From Eledone cirrhosa (lineage: Eukaryota): 64,000 nucleotides of DNA. A model generated the notes under the pieces. The model had not been told where the DNA came from and did not search any database. It was given only the letters and a program-made list of their open reading frames with translations. Numbering within the stretch: position 1 is the stretch's first letter; every line of letters begins with the position of its first letter. This document shows, one piece after another, positions 28,436 through 42,467 of this stretch. The stretch is from contig OZ024756.1 of the NCBI GenBank assembly GCA_964016885.1, forward strand, positions 39,866,001 to 39,930,000, in the 5' to 3' direction. The position numbers and the translations under genes were made by a program.

Positions 28436-28767
28436 TCCCGTGACTTCTGAGGAATCGTAGGGATGCCATATTAACATGTTTAAAACCTGTCAGAGCCCAT
28501 CTCCTCTCCAGGCCTGAATACAATAGATTTCTTCCAGGAGAGGAAAGAGAGAATGAGAGAAAGGAAGTGAGGAAGAGATATAGAGGAAAAGTCGACCCCA
28601 GTACTTGACTGGTACTTTTTTATCGACCATGAATGGATGAAGGCAAAGTTGACCTCAGTGGGATTTGAACTCAGAGCCGAAATGAATTCTACAAAGCATT
28701 CTATCCTATGTCCTAACGACTTGCTTCATCAAGTAATTAGGAGTAGTTTAATTAAAACATATTTTAA

Positions 28768-29048
28768 CTCTTTACCATTTACATTACTCTATATATACTA
28801 TTGTATTTTCACAGTAAAGGCTTTACCTCACATAGCATTTACATTACTCTATGTATACTATTGTATTTTCACAGTAAAGTCTTTATCTTACATAATTGTC
28901 TCTCATAATATCGAATCTATGAGATTTTGATGATGTTTATTTTGAGAACAATACCTTAACATCAGTATGAGTGCCTGGTTACAGCCAGTTTGAACAGAAA
29001 GAAGTGTGAGCGGTTTGGCCAGATATGGCCGGTTTAAATGCTAAAGGG
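28768..29048. mobile_element. piggyBac-like MITE copy with internal duplication
   Basis: Ends taaatgctaaaggg-ttaa; the left part is duplicated. Confidence 0.7.
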
Positions 29049-29619
29049 TTAAAACCTTAAAATTGTACCAATGTCTTGATGGAATGTCAGCTATATATAA
29101 GACATTTCACCTTGCCAAATATCTTAATGTCTTTTACCTATTAACTAGGCCAAGGATAGAGGGGGGGGGGGTTCTTAATACCCCACAGACCCAGCTCTAC
29201 TGACATGATGTAACATTTAATTGACCAATCTATAGTGAAACAGGGCCACAGAAAAACAGAGATAAGGCATGATAGACAGATAGATTAGACAGGCTTACAG
29301 ACACATATACATATATATACACACATAGACAGGCTTACAGACACATATATACATATATATACACATACACACATAGATAGGCTTACAGACACATATATAC
29401 ATATATATACACATACATGGTTTACACATACACACAGATCGGCTTACAGACACATACATATATGTATATATATATATATACACACACATACACATATATA
29501 ATGTAGATATATACACACATTGATAGGCTTACAGACATATATATACAAACACATACACACATAATGTAGATACATACACACATAGATAGGCTTACACACT
29601 GCTCTCATAATAATAATAA

Positions 29620-29833
29620 TAATAATGATTTCTAGTATAGGCACAAGGCCAGCAATTTGAAGGGAGATCGGAAAGTCAATTAAATCGACCCCGTGCGTGA
29701 CTGGTACTTTATTTTATCCCCCTCATAAGGATGAAAGGCAAAGCTAACCTGGGCAGAATTTGAGATCAGAACGTAAAGGGTCGTAACTCTTTGCTATAAA
29801 GCATGGCGTCCGACCCTCTACCGATACTGCCAA
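29620..29833 (-). mobile_element. SINE family A, near full length
   Basis: Reverse complement of head, core and tail. Confidence 0.8.
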
Positions 29834-30347
29834 TAATAATAATAATATTTCTTTATTTGTCTTTCGGAGTGAAGGCTGAGGGCGGGGGACATGACAAGGA
29901 CAAATTATCCTCCAAAACCCGCAAAACCCAGTCGGGGTTCACAGAGTTGAGTGTGAGGAAAGAGACATGAAAACCACACTATATAACAACAACAACAACA
30001 TAGAGAAGGAAATGTCTCCCGTAGAAAAGGGGAAGTGAATGTCAGTGAAGCAAGTTATATAACAGGGATTTCAGTTAATGTGCCCTACTCCCTAGGGGAC
30101 AGCAGTTGGGGAAAGGAATAGCAATTGTGCTACACTGCTTTATATGTATATACACATTATATATATATAATGTATATACACACACACAATATGACACGGA
30201 TACCATCAAAGTATGTTAAACATTTCAGTTGAATTTCTTCAGTGAAATTTCCTTTATAGTTCCGATAAGATATGAAATTTCAAACTCTTCCTGATTTCCC
30301 ATGGGTTGCTTCATTTGTTTGAGAAAGTGTGGATGTCTTAGTTAATA

Positions 30348-30628
30348 TAGTACAACTACCAGTTGAGGTAGTAGGGATGGTGTCCTAGCAGCCAGTACAG
30401 TACAACCACTAGTTGAGGGAGTAGGGATGGTGTCCTAGCAGCCAGTACAGTACAGTACAACCACCAGTTGAGGTAGTTGGATGGTGTCCTAGCAGCCAGT
30501 ACAGTACAGTACAACCACCAGTTGAGGGAGTAGGGATGGTGTCCTAGCAGCCAGTACAGTACAACCACCAGTTGAAGGAGTAGGGATGGTGTCCTAGCAG
30601 CCAGTACAGGGCAACCACCAGTTGAAGG
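30348..30628. repeat. ~50-bp minisatellite (gtagggatggtgtcctagcagccagtacagtacaaccaccagttgag)
   Basis: About 5 copies. Confidence 0.9.
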
Positions 30629-30725
30629 AACGGAGGTGGATTTTAACTATTTTAATCAATTATTGAAAAATTTTAAGGGACTTACTAAAATTATTAATTA
30701 TTTCGTTACGAAGATAGTAACTTAA

Positions 30726-30933
30726 ACCTTTACCATTTACATTACTCTATATTTACTATTGTATTTTTGTGGTAAAGGCTTTATCTCACATAATATCGAA
30801 TCTATGAGATTTTGATATTATCTATGTTGAGAACAATACCTTAACATCAGTACGAGTGGCCAGTTACGGCTGATTTGAACTGAGAGAGGTGAGAGAATTC
30901 TGGCCAGATATGGCCAGTTTAAATGCTAAAGGG
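30726..30933. mobile_element. piggyBac-like MITE copy
   Basis: TTAA flanks; right TIR intact. Confidence 0.7.
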
Positions 30934-31061
30934 TTAACATATGGTTCTTATATAAAATCATGTTGAAAGTTTTTAATAGAAACAGTAACTCTAAAATAGT
31001 ATCATTGTATCTTGGAGCAAGTTGGTATGAAAAGGGTTAACTACATACACATAACACATAC

Positions 31062-31352
31062 CTTATTTGGTGTCACGTCCCAGCTACGCCGATGCCAGCT
31101 ACTCGCGTGTGTAATATAGTTATCACAATTATTGGCATCCTTATTCGGAGTGGAAGTGAGGTTGGACATTCCACTAAGAATTTTGAGGCGGTTTCCTGGA
31201 GCAATGCCAGTCTTTCCTCGGAATGTACACCGCCACCATCCCAGCATACCATCTGTGTCTTGTTCAAGAACGGCAAGGACATCTCCACGCCGAAAGGCAA
31301 GTTCATTGGCTGATTCTGCAAGATTGTCGTATATCGCTTTGGCAAGGGCAGT
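31062..31352 (-). CDS. BCAR1: Cas-family adaptor, SH3-domain exon
   Basis: TALAKAIYDNLAESANELAFRRGDVLAVLEQDTDGMLGWWRCTFRGKTGIAPGNRLKIL is a Cas-type SH3 domain. Acceptor ctttgcag|ACT, donor AAG|gtatgt; 291 nt, phase 0-0, in frame with the 28172 exon. Confidence 0.93.
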
Positions 31353-31424
31353 CTGCAAAGAGGAAGAAAAATTATATATATATATATATATATAAATATA
31401 TGTGTGTGTATGTATATCATTTCA

Positions 31425-31624
31425 TTCATCATCATTTCATTTTACGTCCCCTTTTCCCTGCTTGCAAGGGTGGGACGGGAACTGATTCTGGCATGATTTC
31501 TACAGCTGGATGCCCTTCCTAACACCAACCTCATTTACAGTGAGTGTTGGGTGCTTTTTTGCCGTGGCACCTCCACGACCACTTTGCAGTGGAATGATAG
31601 GGACCCCAGTCCCTATCATCTCAT
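31425..31624 (-). mobile_element. SINE family B 3' half
   Basis: Nearly identical to 10340-10524. Confidence 0.8.
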
Positions 31625-31752
31625 GCTGTTATGAGAACGGTATCCTCAGATAAATCTCCATCGTAACTACAAACTACGAATGTTGAGAGATTTCTCCTGC
31701 TTGCTCCTGTTTTTTACCAAAACAATCTCTTCGGACACAATATCATCATCAT

Positions 31753-31802
<50 letters not shown>

Positions 31803-32157
31803 AAGGGTAAACAGAAATAACAAAGCAAATGACACAGTACATTGAAGGAGAACATCTACCAATGTAGTCCCTGTATACAGGACTGTCACTCTCATGTGGG
31901 TCTGTACAGCCCCAGTAGTACCAGAGGAGAACATCTACCAATGTAGTCCCTGTATACAGGACTGTCACTCTCATGTGGGTCTGTACAGCCCCAGCAGACA
32001 CTGCACCACGATCAGCAGTTGACACAAAATTCTCCAGGCACAGATCCGTGGTCTTTCGAGACCAACAAATGCCAATAACAACAACAGAATTTATATATAT
32101 ATCGCTGTGGAAACGGCTAGAGCTCAGTCATCGGTGTCCTGACTCTTTCCCCTATCG

Positions 32158-32206
<49 letters not shown>

Positions 32207-34942
32207 CACACACACTTATGTAAATGTGTTGTGTTATATTACCAAAGGGAATGTTCCAGTACTGTGAAGCCAAACTTTAGATTAGTGACAAAGTGAAGTC
32301 TCAATTTTGTATAAAAAAAAACATGTTGAATTCACATATATTCATATATACATTTACACACACACACACACATATATTCATATATACATTTACACACACA
32401 CACACACACACACATATATATGTGTGTGTAAAATCCTTGGTATTTTACATATTTCTATACCCACTCTGCATCTCCCCATGCATCCTGTACGCCCATGATT
32501 AGTGGTCTCCTTGGACTCAGCACTGCAGACTCCCTCTCTCTCTTATGTATGTGTGTGTGTGTGTTTGTGTGTGTCTGTGTGTGTGTGTGTGTCTGTGTGT
32601 TTGTGTGTGTTCTAAAGTGTGTTGACAAACATACATCTGTTTTGTTTTATTGCGCTTCTCAAAATAGCTATATATATATATATATGTATATATGTGTGTG
32701 TGTGTGTGTCTCTCTGTGAACATGACTTTTGTTTATATTATTTCACAAAACCATCATTGTTAAGTATGGAGTGTGTGATATGTTACATATAACAAACATA
32801 TATAAATATATGTGTTACATAACATATATATATACGTATATGTTACATATAACAAACATATAAATATATAATGTTACATATAACAATCAAATATATAATA
32901 ACTTCCCCCCTCTCTAAAGTATAAACAATTATTATTAGTAGTAGTAGTAGTCATTGTAGTTTAATTATTACCTCACTACTTATACTAGTGTCACCACTAT
33001 TGTTTGACAAATCATATGACGAGGGTGTCAGTTGGTTCCAACAGTTTGACAGCCGACAATTGGACAGTGTTGGATTTGTGGCACATTGGTCATTGACTTT
33101 ATGTACTTCCTATACATCTCTCTCTCTCTCTTGTTCACTGTTGCTATCTCTCTCTTGTTTATTGCTGCCAACAGACATACAAAACACACACCACACCGAC
33201 ACACACTACACTAACACACACTACACTAACACACACCAACAGACTACACCAACAGTCACTACACCAACAGTCACCAACACACACTACACCAATATACCTA
33301 CTTTTGTCCTCAACCTTCAGTAACATTTTAAAATATCCAGAACTGTTTGACATTTTCACTATTCTCACACCCTCACACACAGTTTATGTGTGTGTGTATG
33401 TGGGTATATGTCTGTTTACATATATATATGTATGTGTGTGTATGGGTAGTTGTATATATATATGTGTGTCTGTTTATATGTATGTGTGTGTGTGTATGGG
33501 TAGTTGTATATATATATGTGTGCCTGTTTATATGTATGTGTGTGTGTGTATGTCTGTTTATATATATATGTGTGTCTGTTTATATATATCAGCATGTAAT
33601 GTCTATTTTTCCATGCTAGCATGGGTTAGACGAATTGTCCCGTTATGAGACAAGCCAGATTAGGTGACTGTGTCTTGCTCATACAGAACTGATTTTAGCT
33701 TGGTTTCTACAGCTTGTTACCCTCCTAAAACCAACCACTTTACAGTGTGGACTGGGTGGTTTTTACCGTGACACTACGTGATCACTTTACAGTGTGGGCT
33801 GGGTACTTTTTGTCATGACACCTACACAACCATTTTACAGTGTGTACTGGGTGCTTTTTGTCATGACACCTACATGATCATTTTACAGTGTGGACTGGGT
33901 GCTTTTTGTCGTGACACCTACATGACCACATTACAGTGTGGGCTGGAGGCTTTTTTTCCATGACACTTACATGACCACTTTACAGTGTGGACTGGGTGCT
34001 TTTCAAACAAAGAATGACACATTGGATAATATAGTCTTAGATATACTATGACTGGATGGAATGCCATTGATCATAATTCAGCTTAAATAGTGCTGACTCA
34101 GGTCTAAATAATAACAACTAGCACTATACCACCACCCACACCACCACCATCGACACAACACCACCACCACCCACACCACCACCAACACCACCAACACCCA
34201 CACCACTCAGTTATAACAAAGTAAAATGGTTACAAGCAAAAGCTGGCTTGGAAAATGTCGCCTGAATAGATAGAACTGATTTGGTATTTCCACTGAACAG
34301 CTTACCATTTCACTTCATTGTTATTAGTAGTATTGGTATATTAGTATTGTTAGTATTATTGAACAAAATGTTGCACTAACAGCACCAACCCAACTCCTCT
34401 GTCAGAGATTTAAACTACACCCCATCGCCACAACTAAACCCTGCCACCACACCACCACCACCACAACTACATCCCGTCACCACCCCATCACCACCACTGC
34501 AACTACACCCCACCAACACTGCCACCACCACAACTACACCGCTACCACAATTACAATTCATTATTAGTAAAATAACAATAACAACAACTAAATACTAAAT
34601 TAGAAAGAAAGAAAATTCTAGAGTTACATTAGCTCAGAAAACAAAAGCTGGTATTCAATAAAATGGCAAAGCTTTTGTCTAAATTCTTATTTCGTACAAG
34701 AACTAAACTAGTTTGGGAAAACACTGTTGTTGTTTTATATATTTTTCTACATCAAATTACTGTTGTGCGTGTTGAGAAAAAATAGCTTTGAAACACATTG
34801 ATGTGTATATATAAGACACAAAGAAACCTACTTATATATATATATATATATTGGAAAATGTGTGAAATCCTTGGTACAGTTAGGTATATTTGAAAAAAAG
34901 GAAAAGAATCGTGTATGTATATATATATATGTATATATGTAT

Positions 34943-35547
34943 ATCATCATCATCATCATCAGGTTTAGCGTCCGTGTTCCACGCTTGCATGGGTTTGGAC
35001 GGGGGTTTTCCCACTTGAGGCAAGAGTGATTGTCTTGCTCGCATAGGACTGTCTGGCGGGTTTTCTACAGTTGGATGCCCTTCCTAACACCAACCACATT
35101 TACAGTGTGGGTCTGGGAGGTTTTTACCGTGTTGCCTACACGGCCGCATTTACAGCGTGGACTGTGTTTTTTTGTCGTGACACCTACACAATCTCATTTG
35201 TTTCGGCCTGGATGTTGTGGGACCAACATAACTTTACATTGAAAGGGGCGGTGTGGATGGGGTGGAGGTGGTGGGACGGGGGAGTGTTTTGATAGAGATG
35301 CCTACTGACTGTAGTAGGTTTTACTTTGTATTTAGGTAAGGCGGGTCTTCTCTATTACTGAGTACCGCCAAAGGTCTCGGTCCAGTGACATTGTCTTGGA
35401 GAGGTGTAAGTGTGTGAGGTCGGAATTTATCAGCTCGTCCCATGTTTTTCTAGGTCTGCCTCCTCCGTGGCTACCGTCTATCTTTATTGCCCTGCACTTT
35501 GTTATACAGCTGTCGTCTTTCATGCGCATCACGTGACCGTACCAACG
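34943..35547 (-). mobile_element. RTE LINE 3' fragment, same family as 6548-7637
   Basis: [36 protein letters not shown]...EKTRLT plus matching 3' UTR. Confidence 0.9.
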
Positions 35548-35623
35548 TATATGTATATATGTATATATATATGTATATATAGATGTATATATATATGTAT
35601 ATATATATGTATATATATATGTA

Positions 35624-35657
<34 letters not shown>

Positions 35658-35809
35658 TATATATATGTATGTATATATATATGTATGTATATATATATAT
35701 GTATATATATATGTATGTATATATATATATATGTATATATATATGTGTATATATATGTATACATATATATATACATATATACATATGTATATATATATAT
35801 ATATACACA

Positions 35810-36147
35810 CTCAGATGGTGGATGGGTGCTACACGAGAATGCTGAGGATGGCTCTGAACATTAATTAGTATACACCGAGGATGAAAAAGTCAGCTCAAGA
35901 GTGACACAGAGGAGACTGAGGTTAGCTGGACATGCTCACCGACATCTAGAGTTGACACTGCATTCAGTGCTCCTGTGGGAGCCCCTACATGGACACACTG
36001 GAAGACGAAGACCAAGGTTAACGTATGTTGATGCCCTAAGGACAGACACTGGTCTGTTGGAGACGCAGGACATGGCAGCGATAATGAGGGACAGAGACCG
36101 CTGGAGAGAACTCGTCCATGGATCTTGGGTATTTTACTCGCCCTAGA
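35810..36147 (+). mobile_element. RTE-like LINE 3' fragment (second family)
   Basis: [29 protein letters not shown]...GRRRPRLTYVD..DRDRWR. Confidence 0.85.
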
Positions 36148-36369
36148 AATATATATATATATATTGAGCTCTGCAGTCTGTGCCATAACAGTCTATAGCA
36201 GAATCTACAGATTAGCATTGAGCTTCTATAATCTTTATCAGGATATATATTGGTAAACACCAATATAACCCAACACACACACACACTATTTTCCATCTCA
36301 TGTTTTATCTTTTTCTCCTTTTTTCCACTAACTTCCCCCCTCACTCTTTCTCGAAGTTCCTCCCCCCAT

Positions 36370-36405
36370 TTTCCTGATGAAGGGCTTATGCCCGAAACGT
36401 TGCAC
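36370..36405 (+). ncRNA. Minimal hammerhead-like core (degenerate stem I)
   Basis: CTGATGA-A-GGGC ttat GCCC-GAAA-CG-TT. Confidence 0.45.
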
Positions 36406-36964
36406 CCACACCCCCAACTCTCACTAAGTGTGAACCTAATACCATTTGTAACTTGTACCCCTGCATTATTGTTTTTGTATTCCAAAATATATATGTATCC
36501 CCATCTGTAAGTCTTTAAAATTTCCACATACATTTCCTTCCTCAGTCACATTACTTCAGAAAGGAGTTTGCTTTCCAATCATAAGTTCCTAGCTTCTAAC
36601 CCTATATTCAACCCTGTAAATAATTATTTAACTGGAGCTACTCCTATTTGAGCCTGTGTATCAATTGACTTGCTACAATGAAATGTAGGTTGTGTGAACT
36701 TAGTTAAAAACCAACCACATGTAATTAGTAATAAAAATATAATTTGTACATACATTCTGATAATCAATAGACTGTAATACTTCATAGTTACAGTTATGGA
36801 GCTACTATTTAAGGGTTGGTGGTAATAGAATTAGACTGGTTTGGCTGTAGGGGGAAGGGGACTTATTCTTTATTATCAAATCTCTCGACTGTTTGCTATA
36901 ACAGAAATTTGAATTTGTGATCATTAGAAAAAAATACTTGGTTAAACATACAGCTAAAACATGT

Positions 36965-37006
<42 letters not shown>

Positions 37007-37084
37007 CACCAAACTCCCACTGTCATTCCAGCTCTCCCTAGCTCTCACTAGTATGAACAAATGGGGTCCACATGCTGGCAGTCC

Positions 37085-37300
37085 CACAGTCCCGGTGGAC
37101 AGAACAGGGAAGGTGTTTCCGTGGAGGATGGTGAGCGAGACTCGCTGTAAGACCCATTCCAGCGAGCGAGACTCGCTGTAAGACCCATTCCAGCGAGCGA
37201 GACTCACACCTGCAGGGTAGCCAACTCTGTGCTGATTGTGTTGAATAGGGAGGTGGTCATAGGTCCAAGGACACCAGAAATCTTCACTGCTTGTTCCACA
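37085..37300 (-). mobile_element. CRE-clade-like (restriction-like endonuclease) non-LTR relic
   Basis: 'AVKISGVLGPMTTSLFNTISTELA' and 'ESRSLEWVLQRVSLTILHGNTFPVL' resemble the recalled 'VETSGxxGP...WLxQRLSLAIQRGNA' C-terminus; frameshifted, with an internal ~30-bp duplication. Confidence 0.55.
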
Positions 37301-38712
37301 CAATGGAATCAAACCCAAGACTTTCATGGTTGCATAGGAAAGTTCATAATCACTTTGGTGTGTTACATCTCCTACTTACTTCATAAGCATTCGGCCATGT
37401 TTGGTCTCTTAAAAAATAGGTCAAAAGAACAATGCAAGTTAGGAGCCATAAAAATACGACAGACGCCATTCTATATATAGTTAGAACCAAATCTACTTGG
37501 TGTAAACAAACCCAGAGCTATATATATATATGTGTGTGTGTATATATATATATATAATTGTTATTTGGAGGAGAATTAAAAGATAGCTTAGTCAGTGAAG
37601 CATATAACTGTCAAGCTAAAATATGTTCTGTTCTTTGTTGTAAATAAAACCTGACCTTGTTTTGTCAATAATTTCATCAACAACAACAAACCAAATATGT
37701 CCTTACAGTAATGTTGCTGTTGTTTTGTTAATTATACATAATAGATCCCTAATTATATACATTACACAAAACCTCAGATGCAGCAGCTAAATTGTTTTTT
37801 AGTGTTGTTTTTAAAGATAGTTATTTGTATCAGCATCAACATTTTGATGAATATAAGTATATAATTTATATAAGATATTTATCATTTTTGTATACACATT
37901 TACCTCTATGATATATATATATGTGAGTGTGTATAAGATCATACAGTTGTATCAAACACAGACACTATATCATACAGTTGTATCAAACACTGTGTGCAAT
38001 AGTTGTGCATAATTAGTTGTCATGTGGGCCCTCAGATAACACATATGTGACCCTTGGGGACCCTCATTCCTGTATGAACACATGATTATGTATAAATATA
38101 TAGGAATTATATTTATTACATTAAACAGAAAAACATACCATATGTGTATGTATGTATATCTGTTTGTATGTGTATGTATGAATACCTGAGTATGTATGTA
38201 GTATGTATATGTGTGCATGTATATGTGTGTATGTATATGTGTGTATGTATATGTGTGTAACCAGCTTGGTAATCTATATAGAAAAGTATATCGACAATCC
38301 CACATACCTGATATAGGAGGAGTGTTGAGTTAGGTAAGGTAATAATAATATTGGCCTAGAATTTACAGACACACAACCACCACAGAGACACACACACACA
38401 GGCACACACATGTACACAACCACCACAGAGACACACACACTGGCACGCGTATATACAATAAATACAACAGACACAATCCTTTTTCTTCCTCACAAACAAC
38501 TACTACACAAACTAATTATTTACCGTTCCCAGTGAAACACTTTCACCAATGGAATTTCTATCAGAAAATAACAAAAAACAGGTAAGGCCGCAAGACTGGG
38601 GTGAACCAAGTCTATGACACGGTTTTCCATATCCTGTAGAGCTGCTTTCACTTTCTGCTGAATCAACGCCACATCTTCTCGTTTCATCTGGGTAAGCTAC
38701 ACACCTCGCCGT

Positions 38713-38743
<31 letters not shown>

Positions 38744-38746
38744 TAA

Positions 38747-39150
38747 ATTCCCGAGATCCATGGACAAGTTCTCTCCAGCGGTCTCTGTCCCTCATCATCG
38801 CAGCCATGTCCTGCGTCTCCAAGAGACCAGTGTCTGTTCTTAGGGCATCAGCATATGCCAACCTCGGTCTCCCTCTTCTAGTATGTCCATGCAGCGGCTC
38901 CCACAGGAGCACTGAGTGCAATGTCAACTCTGGATGTCGGTGAGCATGTCCAGCTAACCTCAGTCTCCTCTGTGTCACTTTTGGGAGGCTCCCGTACAGC
39001 TCCGAGTTCTTCAACCTCAGTGTATACTGAATAATGCTCAGAGCCATCCTCAGCATTCTCGTGTAGCACCCACCCAGCATCTGAGTGAGTTTCTTGGTCA
39101 GTGTCCAAGTCTCAGACCCGTACAGCAGCACAGACTCTACTACAGCAACG
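38747..39150 (-). mobile_element. RTE-like LINE 3' fragment, same family as 35810-36147
   Basis: VESVLLYGSETWTLTKK...RRLRLAGHAHRH...RGRPRL. Confidence 0.9.
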
Positions 39151-40353
39151 ATATATATATATATGAATCCCAGGTTCAATCAGGGGTAACCACTGTAAGT
39201 AAGGTACTCAATATATTAGTAGAGTGTAAACATCAAGTTTAATATAGAAATGGCTTCTACAGGACTAGAACTGTTTCATTCGAAAGAAATCACCAAAGCC
39301 AAGTGCCATTGTAATAGGGTTGTGTATGTGTGTGTGAATATATCCACCACCACCACCAATACCACCACAGCTACGACCACCACCACCATCCAGATAAATC
39401 TAAAAACAATTCCAATGACTACCCAGTACTAATTAAACCTTATTAAATAACGGAAGTTTCTCCCTGGTTGAAGCAAGTCTTAATGGCCAAATGGAGGAGA
39501 GGTGGTGGTGGGGGTGATAGAGGGGGATGGGGGACTATCAGAAACACCAATGTAATTTACATTCTTCAACAGAACTAGTGGAACTGATAGTCCTGCTGGT
39601 GTTGGTGGTGGTGGTGGTGGCGGTGGTGGTGGTGGTGTTGGCGGTGTTGGCGGTGGTGTTGGCGGTGCTGGTGTTGGTGTTGGTGTTGGGGGTGCTGGTG
39701 TTGGTATTGGTGCTGGTGCTGGTGGTGCTGGTGTTGGTGGTGGTGGTAGTAGTGGTGGTGGAGATGTTAGTTAATATTTAGCCCTAGGTCAGCTATGACT
39801 AAGCAGAACCATTGTCAAAGTCCATGACAGGCAAAAGACGGGATGGTTCTGGTTGTGTTGACAACTCAGGACTACATACGAGAGGAGATAAGTTGGTGGT
39901 GGTGGCTGGGGTAAGGAGGGGGTAGTGAGGGTGGTGGTGGTGGTGGTATAACAATGAAGAGACGATAGGCAAGGGGGGGGGGAGAAGTCGAGTGGTGGGG
40001 TGAGGAAATATATAGAGAGAGATGAAGGTGAAATAATCAAAGATGAGAGAGAAAAACGTGAAGGAAACAAGAGAGGACGAGAGAGAGAGAGAGGATGGGA
40101 TGGGGGGGGATGGGGGGATGGGAGAGAGAGAGAGGAGGAGAGAATGAGGTGTTTAACTGGGTCAGCAATTTATCTAGTGACACACACCCAAACACACAGG
40201 CAATACAAACACACAGGCAATACACACAGGCAATACACACACCCAATACAAACACACAGGCAATACACACACACAAACGTATGTACAGACAAGACACACA
40301 CAGACCCAAACATACACAGAGACACATACACACACATATATATATATACACAC

Positions 40354-40391
<38 letters not shown>

Positions 40392-41057
40392 TGTACAATT
40401 TGGTGAGGAAATTCCTCGGAGAGAAAGAGAGAAGTGAAGGGGGGAGTAAAATAGTAAATAGAAAGGTAGAGTAAGGGAGGAGGTGATGAGGAGGGGGAGG
40501 GGAGGAGGTGATGGGGAGGGGAGGAGGTGATGAGGAGGGGGAGGGGAAAGGCGGGGGTGGCTGTAAGAAGAAAAGGGAAGGAGATATTGTCAGTGAAGGC
40601 TATTTTGACATTCCTAAAATATCTGATGACAACAACGTCAACAGTTCTTATACGGTGACACCACCACCACCGCTACCAATCACCACCATCACCAATGACA
40701 ACACCACCACCACCGCTACCAATCACCACCATCACGTTGAGTCCAGCATCCTAACCACCAAGCCACCAGAACAAGCACCCACACCATACCATATCATAGG
40801 TCGCGAGTGAGTTTCCTCAACATCACACCAAACTGTCTCTTTGTAACTACCTAGAGGTGGGATAGATCTCATTGCATAACACGGGGCCGACCAAAACAGG
40901 GTGAAATACTGTCATGATATTATGTATGGTCAAGTGATGAGTCTGGCCAATCTGGACATTCACCTGTGTATTAATAGGACCTGATGATCGTGTGAGTATA
41001 CAGGTGAAACTCCAGAGAAACAAGACTCATCACGTAGCCATTATATATATATATATA

Positions 41058-41234
41058 TAATTGTTTCTACTTTTGGCACAAGACCAGCAATTTCCCAGTG
41101 CATTACTGGTACTTTATTTTATCGACCCCGTAAGGATGAAAGGCAAAGTTAACCTCGGCGAGATTTGAACTCAGACCATAAAGGGACGTAACTATGCTGG
41201 AAAGCATGGTGTCCGACCCTCTACCGATACTGCC
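41058..41234 (-). mobile_element. SINE family A, near full length
   Basis: Reverse complement of 133-306. Confidence 0.8.
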
Positions 41235-41386
41235 AATTCATGTTTTCCAATCTGCCGTGGAATGAATGGTCCCGAGCTAAAAATTAACGAAACCCTTGTG
41301 ATTTCCAGAGGTTGACTGAAGAGATGGGACTGTCCGTCTTTCGGTTTCTTTTCCATTGTCTTTGTCCTCTGCGTTCCTTATTTTGA

Positions 41387-41425
<39 letters not shown>

Positions 41426-41545
41426 AACACACACACACACACACATTAACACCTATCTTGCAGTGTATTAGTCTACCTAGGTTTACTGTTTTTACCCAAA
41501 TAGTAAACATCTCTCATCCCCAGTCTGGCTGCCTATCTGTCTGTG

Positions 41546-41583
<38 letters not shown>

Positions 41584-41880
41584 GGCTGATACTGGATACA
41601 ATGAATCAAGAATGTTGAATGATTGTAACAGCTCATTCATTTCCTGTGATGGGGTGAGTGAAACTGTACACCACACACACATACACACGCACAGTTAGGC
41701 ACACACACATACACACGCACAGTTAGGCACACACACACACAGTTAGGCACACACACACACAGTTAGGCACACACATCGTTTCTCTCTTCCCCCATGGGGA
41801 GCAACGAAGGTATTCAAAATCTGCAGCATTACACCCCATAAACCCACTCACATCCGATCGTATATATATATATTATATAT

Positions 41881-41917
<37 letters not shown>

Positions 41918-42124
41918 CATACACACACACATATATATACATACACACACACATATATATACATACACACACATATATATACATATACACACATATATAT
42001 ACATATACACACATATATATACATATACACACACACATATATATATATATACACACACACATATATATATATATACACACACACATATATATATATATAC
42101 ACACACATATATATATATATATAT

Positions 42125-42214
<90 letters not shown>

Positions 42215-42422
42215 GGCGAGAGACAGATACATATACACACATATAATGAAGGAGAGAAATCTCAGTTCCTAAGGAATTAATAAATTTACTATATTTATTG
42301 AGTACAGACACATAACTAAAGAAGGATTAGGCTCTCCAACGAGTTCAGATGTCCAAGGCAGGTCTTATATCACTGAGGCGCCCCTACGTCTACCAAAAGG
42401 AAGAAACGTTATACACACACAC

Positions 42423-42467
<45 letters not shown>

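Noticed and set aside
40981-41015. CTGATGA...GAAA inside the 40934-41033 hairpin
   Set aside because: No convincing stems I-III; better explained by the long hairpin.
41310-41350. CTGAAGA followed by hairpin GATGG/CCGTC
   Set aside because: Not followed by GAAA; at most a decayed relic.
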